Shown here piece by piece: positions 1 through 7,650 of a stretch of DNA of 64,000 nt. A program made the translations under genes and the position numbers. The notes beneath the pieces are model-generated. The model was not told the DNA's origin and searched no databases. It was given only the letters and a program-made list of their open reading frames with translations. The stretch's first letter is position 1. Every line of letters starts with the position of its first letter. Source of the stretch: an uncultured virus (IMG/VR IMGVR_UViG_3300032288_005212) (taxonomy: Duplodnaviria > Heunggongvirae > Uroviricota > Caudoviricetes); IMG/VR virus record IMGVR_UViG_3300032288_005212, positions 32,001 through 96,000 of that record; one strand, 5' to 3'.

Positions 1-72
1 TGGATAGCATTGTGTTTTCTAATGGTGTGGTATTAATGCACCTTGAGCATGGTGTACTTCCATGATGGAGGT

Positions 73-107
73 ACCTAGGTGCCAAATGAGAATAATTCTC
101 ATTTGGC
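73..107. promoter_or_regulatory. ACCTAGGT palindrome plus perfect 27-bp palindrome containing a Fur-box-like core
   Basis: ACCTAGGT at 73-80; GCCAAATGAGAAT-A-ATTCTCATTTGGC at 81-107 (13-1-13 inverted repeat); core AATGAGAATnATTCTCATT resembles proteobacterial Fur boxes. Confidence 0.6.
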
Positions 108-210
108 TGTCACTGCGCCAAATAGCGTGCAAAATCAAGAGTAAAAATTCACACTTGAACCTGGGCGGTGAGATGCTATACTGCTCAAGTCTAAACCGGA
201 GAGCCAAACC

Positions 211-447
211 ATGATGACTCGCTCGCAACACGCCGAACTCGCCGCAGAAGTCGCTGAGGCCGTAGTAAAGCCCACGCAAACCGTCGGGCAGGTGGCAGAG
301 CATATTTTTAATGCGGCTGAAGTCATGCGGAACATTATGCTTGATTCCGCAAACATGACGCAGCAGGAACTGCACGGGCATATCCAGTTTGCAACCGAAT
401 TGCAACGTGCATATGTACGTCGCGCAACTATGCTGGGGATACTCTGA
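211..447 (+). CDS. hypothetical pre-early protein
   Basis: ORF with GGAG RBS; upstream TTGAAC...TGcTATACT promoter-like site at 155-182. Confidence 0.65.
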   Translation: MMTRSQHAELAAEVAEAVVKPTQTVGQVAEHIFNAAEVMRNIMLDSANMTQQELHGHIQFATELQRAYVRRATMLGIL

Positions 448-548
448 TGCTGTATAATCTCGGCACACTGGTAATGCTTTTTACTGGCATACTAGTCTCG
501 GGGTATGTTGCTATAAAAATGCTCGAACACTACTTTGGAGAGTAAAAC

Positions 549-998
549 ATGAATTTTTCGATGACGATTGAGAATGCTACGGTTTCGACTGTCGTTCGGA
601 ACGAATACGAAATTATTCGGCATATCGAAGCCTGCTTTCTCGCGGCTGGATATGACTCCGATACTTTTGCTGAGTATCTGGCACACTATCTGGAGCTTTA
701 TCATGAGATGACGGTACTTCCGGAAAAAGAGTACACGCAGGCGCTCGCCGAAGCTCGGGAGGAAGCCTATGATGAAGGTTTCGATGATGCTACTGCCGAA
801 AAAAAGGAAGAGGCAGAATATGCCTGCAATTGCCCGATGTGCAAAGATCCCGTCGCCTATGATGCGGGCTGGAATGATGGATTCCAAGGCGAAGAAAATC
901 TCGACGAAGATATGGCAAAAATTCCCGCCTATATGGTAGGATACGAGAATGGAAAGATCGACCGAGAAAAAGGCCGCTACAATGGCGAAGCAATCTGA
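549..998 (+). CDS. acidic hypothetical protein
   Basis: GGAG RBS; very acidic 149-aa ORF with CxCxxC. Confidence 0.7.
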   Translation: MNFSMTIENATVSTVVRNEYEIIRHIEACFLAAGYDSDTFAEYLAHYLELYHEMTVLPEKEYTQALAEAREEAYDEGFDDATAEKKEEAEYACNCPMCKDPVAYDAGWNDGFQGEENLDEDMAKIPAYMVGYENGKIDREKGRYNGEAI

Positions 999-1009
999 GG
1001 AGTAATGAT

Positions 1010-1213
1010 ATGATCATCACGCGTATGTCGATTTTCTCTGGCAAGATTCACTCTTGGGATATTCCGGTAACGGAAGAGCAGATCGATCGCTGGCAGCGCG
1101 GTTGTCTGATTCAGAATGCGATGCCGCACTTGACTGCGGATCAGCGAGAGTTTATTATGACGGGCACCACTCCTGATGAGTGGAATCAAATGTTTGGGGA
1201 GGATGCAGCCTAA
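1010..1213 (+). CDS. hypothetical phage protein
   Basis: GAGGAG RBS; LIQNAMPHL..QREFIMTG.T..EW motif typical of small phage proteins. Confidence 0.7.
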   Translation: MIITRMSIFSGKIHSWDIPVTEEQIDRWQRGCLIQNAMPHLTADQREFIMTGTTPDEWNQMFGEDAA

Positions 1214-1437
1214 TGCACGCTTTTCAAATGAACTACGGTACAGTGGATATGGGAATGAATAAATATACACGGGCCGCGATTGCTTTGGGCGCTACCGTCG
1301 AGGACGGTATAAACTGGACGTGGGCAAATCATTTTGCCACGCGAGAGCTGGCTCAGGAATTTATCAATATGTTTCCTGAGATGGAAACACGCGGCATCTA
1401 TACTGATAGCCCGGGCTTTTCTGTGAGGTTTCGATGA
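1213..1437 (+). CDS. hypothetical protein
   Basis: TAATG coupling to upstream gene; ATGA coupling to downstream gene. Confidence 0.6.
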   Translation: MHAFQMNYGTVDMGMNKYTRAAIALGATVEDGINWTWANHFATRELAQEFINMFPEMETRGIYTDSPGFSVRFR

Positions 1438-1535
1438 AAAATCCTGTAGCAAAGTTTAGCCGCCAGGTCAACCGATCGGCGGTTCAGCGGGATCGTAAAA
1501 AAGCCGCAAAGCGCGGATATAGGAAACACAAATGA
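1434..1535 (+). CDS. 33-aa basic peptide (NPVAK...RDRKK...RKHK type)
   Basis: Translated by hand: MKNPVAKFSRQVNRSAVQRDRKKAAKRGYRKHK; ATGA overlaps on both sides; below ORF-track cutoff. Confidence 0.75.
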   Translation: MKNPVAKFSRQVNRSAVQRDRKKAAKRGYRKHK

Positions 1536-1867
1536 GAAACACAAAAAACTATCTTGCACTCGGGCACGATATTGAAGAAAACTTTTTCTTTATAAAGATT
1601 GGGTTATCTGATGACCCCGAAGAACGTGTATCTAAACTCAGAATGAAACTGCTACACGTTTGGGAAAACATATGGATATCTGATGGCGACTACTCTTGCA
1701 CAGTAGAAGCTTTTTTCTTAAAAACTATGGGTTACTCTCATTATACTTATAGTAACCATAAATTTTCAGGGTCATCCGATTGCATTGGAAGATTTAAAAC
1801 AAAAGAAGAAGCTTTATTCATTGGCAGGCAAATGGTAAAGTTTATTTTATCCCTTCAATATGACTAG
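1532..1867 (+). CDS. T5orf172/GIY-YIG-like nuclease domain protein
   Basis: Y...IKIGLS..PEER..L motif; more AT-rich than neighbours. Confidence 0.55.
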   Translation: MRNTKNYLALGHDIEENFFFIKIGLSDDPEERVSKLRMKLLHVWENIWISDGDYSCTVEAFFLKTMGYSHYTYSNHKFSGSSDCIGRFKTKEEALFIGRQMVKFILSLQYD

Positions 1868-1877
1868 GGCAGAAGGC

Positions 1878-2062
1878 CCGATGCGACCCATTCGCATCGG
1901 CGACCTAGGTCGTTGTTGAGAATCATTCTTATTTCCGCGCGGAGCGCCAATTATAGCGTGCAAAATCAACGGCGTCAAGTGTAAATGTGTGTAATATTGC
2001 ACAAACTCCAAATGAGTCTGGTTCTCATCTCGCACCTAGGGCGCGCCCCTGGCGCTTGTCAA
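1878..2062. repeat. intergenic block with two CCTAGG/Fur-like modules and a leftward sigma70 promoter
   Basis: hairpin CCGATGCGA..TCGCATCGG 1878-1900; CGACCTAGGTCG 1901-1912; TTGAGAATCATTCTTAT ~1916-1932; minus-strand TTGACG-17-TATAAT ~1950-1978; AAATGAGTCTGGTTCTCATCT 2010-2030; CCTAGG 2035-2040. Confidence 0.6.
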
Positions 2063-2267
2063 TAGGAAATATTTCACATTCCTGGGGGTGGATCTGCGGG
2101 CGGGGAGGCCTCATAATAGCGGCTTCTGGTGAGGGTTCACCGGAAACCGAAAGGGGAAGTCAATGGCAATATTCACACAAATTCGGAATGCGCTGCGGTC
2201 ATTCTTTCGGGTACAATGTGAAACATCGGTGGGGCAGTGTGCTTCACCCAAATCGGAGAGTAAAACT

Positions 2268-2579
2268 ATGTCGCTCTACACTGAGTCGATGGTGTCGGAA
2301 CTGATGGCTCGCGCGAGCTGGTCGTATGATGACGCGGTTGCGTTCGCTGAGAAGCATTCCAGCGTGTCGGTACGTTCGGTTATCAGCAAAATCAAGTCTC
2401 TGAAGCTGGACTACACCGCGAAGCCGAAAGCTGCGACGGCGAAGACTGACAAGGTGCGGAAGTCGGAGATCGTGGGCGAGATCGCACTCGCGCTCGGTAT
2501 TCAGGCTGACGCAATCTCGGGCCTTGCCAAGGCTGACGCCGCTTGCCTTCGCGTTCTTCTGGCGAAGGTTGCGGGCTAA
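2268..2579 (+). CDS. T5 A2-like DNA-binding protein (paralog 1)
   Basis: SVRSVISKIKSL..DY and VRKSEIV..IA...ISGLAKA motifs resemble T5 A2/D3; start moved to the ATG after GGAG RBS. Confidence 0.7.
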   Translation: MSLYTESMVSELMARASWSYDDAVAFAEKHSSVSVRSVISKIKSLKLDYTAKPKAATAKTDKVRKSEIVGEIALALGIQADAISGLAKADAACLRVLLAKVAG

Positions 2580-2779
2580 TGGTTCGGGTCGCTGCCATCT
2601 TGGGAACCGGGGCAATGTGCATTGCCCCCTTTTTCATCGACACGCTTCCTGGCAAATTGTGTGCCATATGCGGCCTGTTACTTTTGACAATACAGGCACT
2701 TGATCTGCGCGCTTACAATCTGGTACTCTTAAATCTGGTCGGCATTGCTGGCTACACTTTTTCAAGCATGGGAGCCTAG
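2579..2779 (+). CDS. small membrane protein
   Basis: TAATG coupling; hydrophobic, 2-3 TM-like segments. Confidence 0.6.
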   Translation: MVRVAAILGTGAMCIAPFFIDTLPGKLCAICGLLLLTIQALDLRAYNLVLLNLVGIAGYTFSSMGA

Positions 2780-2782
2780 AAT

Positions 2783-3259
2783 ATGTACCGCTCGATTTTT
2801 GATCTCGATGGGACTGTAATCGATTCCACACACCGCCACGCTACGCTGCCTGATGGGTCGCTTGATCTGGCACATTGGATTGAAAATTCCACGCCTGAGA
2901 AAATCGCTGCGGACTCTTTGCTGCCGCTTGCCGATTATATGCGGATGTTCTTCCCGCATCACGAGGTGCTGGTATGCACTGCCCGCGTGATGGGGGAAGC
3001 CGATTACGAATTTTTGTTCGATAACGGATTGCAGGCTGATGCGATTCTTTCGCGCCCTGCTGGCAACCGTCTGCCGGATGGGTTCCTTAAGGAAATGCTG
3101 CTGCGCGATCATGCAACACGCCGCGGCCTTACTTGGGTGGAATTTGTAAAAAATACCACGATCTTCGATGACAACGCTTCTGTGCTTGACACGCTCGGAC
3201 GGGTTGGAATTCGGACGATCTGCGCCCGCACTCTTAACCGGGTGCTGGCGGAGGACTGA
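2783..3259 (+). CDS. HAD-superfamily phosphatase (Pnk-phosphatase/nucleotidase-like)
   Basis: FDLDGT motif I, CTAR motif II, K and FDD motifs. Confidence 0.8.
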   Translation: MYRSIFDLDGTVIDSTHRHATLPDGSLDLAHWIENSTPEKIAADSLLPLADYMRMFFPHHEVLVCTARVMGEADYEFLFDNGLQADAILSRPAGNRLPDGFLKEMLLRDHATRRGLTWVEFVKNTTIFDDNASVLDTLGRVGIRTICARTLNRVLAED

Positions 3260-3273
3260 CACCGACCAGGTGC

Positions 3274-3328
3274 TGCGAATGGTTCTCATTCGCATTGCCG
3301 CCCTAGGTCGCCGACCTGGGCGTGTCAA
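3274..3328. promoter_or_regulatory. Fur-like box + CCTAGG module
   Basis: TGCGAATGGTTCTCATTCGCA 3274-3294; CCTAGG 3302-3307; minus-strand TTGACA at 3323-3328. Confidence 0.5.
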
Positions 3329-3405
3329 TAGGAAATAATACCGCTTAACTGGGATGTGCATCATGGTATACTCCACGTCCCAACTACTGCTCGGGAGAGC
3401 ATTTC

Positions 3406-4125
3406 ATGGCTAAAAAGCAATTCTATCTGATCATCGATACCGAAACGACAATCGATGAAAAAGTCGCAGATTTCGGTGCCGTTATCGTTGATCGGAAAGG
3501 CCGCATTGCTGCCCAATGTGGAATTCTCATTAATGGCATTTACAATGATCGGGAAAACCATCCGCTCTTTTATAATGAATACTCGGGCGACCTTTGGAAA
3601 AAGTCGAGCCTTGATAAGCGATATAATAACTATTCGGCAATGCTCGCCAACGGTTCCCGTATGCTCGCATCAATTCCTGCGATTAATACTTGGCTCGCAA
3701 AAGCGGCAAACAAGTTTAATCCCACACTGACCGCATATAATCTGGCATTCGATCTCGGTAAATGCGTCAATACTGGAATTGATCTTTCCTATTTCGAGAA
3801 TCGGTTTTGCCTTTGGCACGCTGCATTTAATAAATGGGCGCATACTAAAAACTATCGCAATTTCGCTCTACAAATGCACGCTTTTAATGCTCCGACTAAA
3901 TTGCAAAATATGTCGTTTAAAACGAATGCGGAAACAATGGCACGTTTTATTACTAATTCGCCCGATATGCCTGATGAACCGCATACCGCACTCGAAGACG
4001 CAATCTATTATGAATTGCCAATTCTGAAACGATTAATCGAAACGACAGAGCGTAATGTATTTATGAATCCCGAGCCTTTTGACTGGCGCAAGGTTCAGGT
4101 CAAAGATTGGTTTACCGCTAAATAG
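3406..4125 (+). CDS. DEDDh 3'-5' exonuclease
   Basis: IDTETT, AYNLAFD and HTALEDA motifs. Confidence 0.85.
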   Translation: MAKKQFYLIIDTETTIDEKVADFGAVIVDRKGRIAAQCGILINGIYNDRENHPLFYNEYSGDLWKKSSLDKRYNNYSAMLANGSRMLASIPAINTWLAKAANKFNPTLTAYNLAFDLGKCVNTGIDLSYFENRFCLWHAAFNKWAHTKNYRNFALQMHAFNAPTKLQNMSFKTNAETMARFITNSPDMPDEPHTALEDAIYYELPILKRLIETTERNVFMNPEPFDWRKVQVKDWFTAK

Positions 4126-4132
4126 GTGACAT

Positions 4133-4237
4133 ATGACAGAATTGGAAACTTTGAAAATGCGAATGGAAATTATTCGGACGGTTTGTCCGATTCTTTCCCT
4201 CATCCTTCAATTGATAATTCTGGGGCGTTTGATATGA
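4133..4237 (+). CDS. 34-aa single-TM peptide
   Basis: MTELETLKMRMEIIRTVCPILSLILQLIILGRLI; AGGTGA RBS; ATGA overlap with next gene. Confidence 0.6.
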   Translation: MTELETLKMRMEIIRTVCPILSLILQLIILGRLI

Positions 4238-4644
4238 AAATATCTAAATCCTTTCGCAATTCGCAACGCAAAATAATCGAGGCGGCTGTTAAAAATAGCC
4301 GCCTTGATTTGAATCTGCCCGATCTGCGCGATATTAAAGTAAAATCGAATAAATCAAAATCGCTCGACGGTTGGGCTGATGTTTCAAATGGGTATGCGGT
4401 AATTTCAATTAATCGCCGATTAAAAGGCGCGGAATTGTTTTGCTGCGTTGCACATGAAATGGTACACGTTAGCCAATTACTATCCGGCCGCCTTGTAACT
4501 GCCGCTCCGAATCTTTTTATCTGGAATGGAAAGGTTACGCGATTAACGGAGGAAAAAATGGCTAAAATGAATCCCGCAAAATATCGGGCATTGCCTTGGG
4601 AGCGGGAAGCATATTATTATGGCGATTCTTTTTTGGGAGATTAA
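4234..4644 (+). CDS. putative HExxH zinc metallopeptidase
   Basis: AHEMVH and PWEREAY motifs; start moved to ATG 4234. Confidence 0.75.
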   Translation: MKISKSFRNSQRKIIEAAVKNSRLDLNLPDLRDIKVKSNKSKSLDGWADVSNGYAVISINRRLKGAELFCCVAHEMVHVSQLLSGRLVTAAPNLFIWNGKVTRLTEEKMAKMNPAKYRALPWEREAYYYGDSFLGD

Positions 4645-4647
4645 AAC

Positions 4648-4794
4648 ATGGGACCGTGGCTTGTTTTGTTTGTCGGTTTGATTTATTTAATTATTGCGGC
4701 GGATTTTGCCTTTCGGAATAATAACTGGTGGATGGCATCCGTTTATTTTGGATATGCGTTTGCCAATGTGGGGCTTTTTCAAATAGGGAAATAA
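4648..4794 (+). CDS. 48-aa membrane protein
   Basis: MGPWLVLFVGLIYL...GYAFANVGLFQIGK; GGAG RBS. Confidence 0.65.
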   Translation: MGPWLVLFVGLIYLIIAADFAFRNNNWWMASVYFGYAFANVGLFQIGK

Positions 4795-4800
4795 TACCGC

Positions 4801-4852
4801 TTGACGCCAGGAGGGCGCGGGCCCTAGGTAGATGATGCGAATCATTCTCATC
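4801..4852. promoter_or_regulatory. TTGACG..CCTAGG + Fur-like box module
   Basis: TTGACG 4801-4806; CCTAGG 4823-4828; GATGCGAATCATTCTCATC 4834-4852. Confidence 0.55.
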
Positions 4853-4914
4853 TCGCTCCTAGCTTGCGCCTAGCAAGAACCATGCCAACATTTGTGGGAA
4901 TAATGCCAGCGCTT

Positions 4915-5104
4915 CGCGCCAGCCAGAGTGGGAAATCAATGTCAAGTTGCGTACGTGCAATTTTATTGGGAATTTTTCACATACTTGTCTCCGCGCCAGC
5001 GTACCACAGTGCGAAATCAATGTCAAGTAAGAAAGACAAAGAACATATGTGAATTTTTCTCAGGTCTGCGCCATTATACGAGTGCGAAATCAATAATGTC
5101 AAGT
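4915..5104 (-). repeat. three promoter-like repeats GCGCC...GAAATCAAT(AAT)GTCAAGT
   Basis: copies at ~4915-4947, 4992-5028, 5066-5104; on the minus strand copies 2 and 3 read TTGACA-17/18-TACGCT/TATAAT-GGCGC; copy 1 lacks a -10. Confidence 0.7.
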
Positions 5105-5225
5105 AATTTCCACACAGAATAAATGTGAATATTACAGCAGTCTTCCGCTTGCGTTTTCTCCTGCCAGCCTTCATAATACTCTTGTTGTTGAGGCAGTCCC
5201 TAGTTCAAATTCAATGGAGAAATAT

Positions 5226-5522
5226 ATGAGTGCTTATTCTAATTCGATGGTCACCGAGCTCTGCGCCTCCGCGCACACTTATGAAAGCGCAGCAGCTTTT
5301 GCTAGCAAGCACAATCTGTCGACGCGCAGTGTTGTGAGCAAGATCAAGTCGCTTGGCCTGGACTATAGGAAAAAAGAAGTAGTTTCTGTTAGCCAGACGC
5401 GGATTCGGAAGGCTGACGTGGTTGCAGAGATTGCCGCCCGGCTTTCGCTTGACAGCGAAAAGTTGGCGGGGCTGGGGAAAGCGGACGCTGCTAGTTTGCA
5501 GCAGCTTTTGAAAGCTATTTAA
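5226..5522 (+). CDS. T5 A2-like DNA-binding protein (paralog 2)
   Basis: clearly homologous to 2268-2579 (AFA.KH..S.RSV.SKIKSL.LDY; RK..V.EIA; GL.KADAA.L). Confidence 0.75.
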   Translation: MSAYSNSMVTELCASAHTYESAAAFASKHNLSTRSVVSKIKSLGLDYRKKEVVSVSQTRIRKADVVAEIAARLSLDSEKLAGLGKADAASLQQLLKAI

Positions 5523-5525
5523 AGC

Positions 5526-5552
5526 AAAAGCCGGCATTTGCCGGCTTTTTTT
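5526..5552 (+). terminator. intrinsic terminator
   Basis: AAAAGCCGGC-ATTT-GCCGGCTTTTTT. Confidence 0.8.
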
Positions 5553-5679
5553 ATATTTGTCCACTTTTGGCAAAAAAACTTGACTTTTTTGGGCTAGAAA
5601 GCCCGCCACCGAGTTGCAATCCGTTTTCCCCCAGCTACCCCTCTTCGAGGGAAAATTCTGAATACCTATTCGAAAAAAC

Positions 5680-5708
5680 TTGACTTTTTTTGCTCATGAT
5701 GATATAAT
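5680..5708 (+). promoter_or_regulatory. sigma70 promoter
   Basis: TTGACT-17-TATAAT with A-rich UP element. Confidence 0.8.
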
Positions 5709-5733
5709 ATATACTTTTTTGGAGGGTCTAAAA

Positions 5734-6033
5734 ATGTATACAGAAGATGAAGTAACTATTCTACAGCAATATCCGAGTCTTTCCGTGGAAGAACTGGCAG
5801 CTCAGCTGGGACGCAGTGAGAGATCAATTATTGGAAAGCTGAGTCGCCTGGGAATTTATCAGCGAAAAACCTATGTGAGCAAAACTGGTTCACCACCCAT
5901 TAGCAAACTGGAAATTGTGGCTGAGATAGAGTCTGCATTGCAGATGAAGCTTGAAGGGCTAGAAAAGAGTCCAAAAGGTGTATTGCTTTCTTTGCGAGAT
6001 AAACTGAGCGGCGGGGCATTTCCAAATTGCTAG
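5734..6033 (+). CDS. A2/D3-like HTH DNA-binding protein (paralog 3)
   Basis: VEELAAQLGRSERSIIGKLSRLGIY HTH; ISKLEIVAEI..LEGLEK; GGAGG RBS. Confidence 0.7.
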   Translation: MYTEDEVTILQQYPSLSVEELAAQLGRSERSIIGKLSRLGIYQRKTYVSKTGSPPISKLEIVAEIESALQMKLEGLEKSPKGVLLSLRDKLSGGAFPNC

Positions 6034-6061
6034 GAGAAGCTCCTTCGAAGGGAGAAAAAGT

Positions 6062-6090
6062 AAAGGGAAGCTTAGTTGCTTCCCTTTTTT
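6062..6090. terminator. probably bidirectional intrinsic terminator
   Basis: AAAGGGAAGC-TTAGTT-GCTTCCCTTTTTT, A-rich on the left side. Confidence 0.75.
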
Positions 6091-6468
6091 ATTAGTCCAT
6101 GAAAGTCGCATTAGTGTAAAAGTTACAGGCAAAATTAGCCCCTTCAGTAGAAGCAAGCCAAGTAGTTATTTAACGAAGATTAACTACTTGGCAATTGATT
6201 TAAACAAGTCAATGTTAAGAATACGCTGCTTAGAGTTAGTTCTTAATGTTCTATTTGATTTAGTTACAGTCGAAAAAAGATTAAACGACGAAGAACAATA
6301 AGTTGTGTCATTCACGGGACCGGGAGTCAAACTCCACCCTGAAACAGGGTACCCTCCGTGTGACCCGGTCCCGTTATAGGACACTAACTATTGTAACTTC
6401 TACTGTATAATTTTTTTCTCCGTCGGATTAGAACAATAAGAAGTTTCTGTTTTAGCTTCTCAAAAACA
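6062..6468 (-). ncRNA. candidate structured ncRNA or injection-stop-signal-like region
   Basis: minus promoter TTGACT-17-TATTAT 6475-6503; 12-bp IR 6157-6192; 11-bp IR 6314-6374 enclosing two hairpins; no convincing ORF. Confidence 0.4.
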
Positions 6469-6553
6469 TGAGATATAATATCATTTCGAGAGCAAAAAGT
6501 CAAGAACTTTTTTTCTGATGTATGACAATAAAAAAGGGCCTTCAAAGAGACCC

Positions 6554-6985
6554 TTATTCAACAACCTCATACACTGGTTCTACATAGTCAGCGCACTTCG
6601 GCGCAATCTTAGGAAAGTCGGGAGGATTATTCACTACCCTTTTCTCTCTTTCTGCAGGCTCATTCGGGCCAAGTGCAATTTCTGGAAACAGTTCTAATTG
6701 AATGGGCGAAGGCCCATAGCTGATATGTCGAAAGTATTTAATCGGCTTAGAACCAAATGGATGCTCTAAAGTTTCAGGAAATATATCAGGCTGAAGTACA
6801 TAATATGCAATTCTTTCAGGATATGTCCATCTAGTCCAATTTCCAAGCTCCGGAAAGTTTCTACGAACCCAGGAAGTAGATACTTCAGCTTCTTTCAATC
6901 CACCTCGATATAGTTTCTCAACTATTTCTGCTTGCTCAACAGTCCATGTATCATAAATTCTTTTAATAATATTCAAAACGACCAC
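6554..6985 (-). CDS. hypothetical protein
   Basis: 143-aa ORF, GGAG RBS, followed by hairpin and T-run. Confidence 0.6.
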   Translation of the reverse strand: MVVLNIIKRIYDTWTVEQAEIVEKLYRGGLKEAEVSTSWVRRNFPELGNWTRWTYPERIAYYVLQPDIFPETLEHPFGSKPIKYFRHISYGPSPIQLELFPEIALGPNEPAEREKRVVNNPPDFPKIAPKCADYVEPVYEVVE

Positions 6986-7096
6986 TCCGCTTCATATGTA
7001 TATTTTAAAAAAGAAAACTGCAACGTAAAAAAGAAAATTCCCGTTAGCTTTTCATATTGTACTACAACAGTGGGAATTAAATATATTTTACCGCTC

Positions 7097-7309
7097 TTAA
7101 CTCGTCTTCGATACAGCAAACTTTTCTGCACCCGAAATGCCCAGACCCGCGATCGTAATGTACATAACGCCTTCAAAAATGAATTTTTCGACATTGTAAC
7201 CTCCAAAAAGGTTTGCTAGAAACCCGATACAAATAAGTACAGAACAAGCAAAAGTAACCAAACGCTTCGAAGAAAGGTGCCCATCATTATCTTGAAAAAA
7301 CCCATTCAT
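7097..7309 (-). CDS. small 2-TM membrane protein (holin-like)
   Basis: LSSKRL followed by two hydrophobic helices; AGGAG RBS. Confidence 0.6.
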   Translation of the reverse strand: MNGFFQDNDGHLSSKRLVTFACSVLICIGFLANLFGGYNVEKFIFEGVMYITIAGLGISGAEKFAVSKTS

Positions 7310-7566
7310 CTCCGTCTCCTTTTTAGCGTTGCTCGATTCGTACGTTTGTTATACTTGTACGAACTAGCAGAACGCCCTGATGCTTTTCCGGCGCGCGCCT
7401 TCGCGCGAGCAGCGGGAGTCATCGCATTTCTCTTCTTTCCTTTCGCAGTGAGCTTTGTTCCTCGCAGAACACCAGCTTTATTTAAAAAAGCGTAAGCTGC
7501 GCTCTTGGCGTTTTTCACGCCTTTGGCACGAAGTTGCCTCGTTAATCTCTCGACTATGGCAGGCAT
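7306..7566 (-). CDS. highly basic protein
   Basis: 86 aa, very K/R/A-rich. Confidence 0.7.
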   Translation of the reverse strand: MPAIVERLTRQLRAKGVKNAKSAAYAFLNKAGVLRGTKLTAKGKKRNAMTPAARAKARAGKASGRSASSYKYNKRTNRATLKRRRR

Positions 7567-7650
7567 TTATTTCTTCTTTTTCTTACGCTTTTTTTCTTCT
7601 TTATGAGGTTTGCCTTCGTCGTGACGCTCTTTTCTCTTTTTACCGGCCAT
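7567..7650 (-). CDS. 27-aa Lys-rich peptide
   Basis: MAGKKRKERHDEGKPHKEEKKRKKKKK; AAGGAG RBS; stop abuts next ATG. Confidence 0.55.
   Translation of the reverse strand: MAGKKRKERHDEGKPHKEEKKRKKKKK

Noticed and set aside
1930-5000. GCGC motifs as T5-type programmed nick sites
   Set aside because: Too short to support; better explained as promoter discriminators.
19-5609. Minus-strand ORFs in the pre-early block (e.g. 19-468, 2762-3376, 5211-5609)
   Set aside because: They overlap better-supported plus-strand genes that have RBSs and recognisable motifs.
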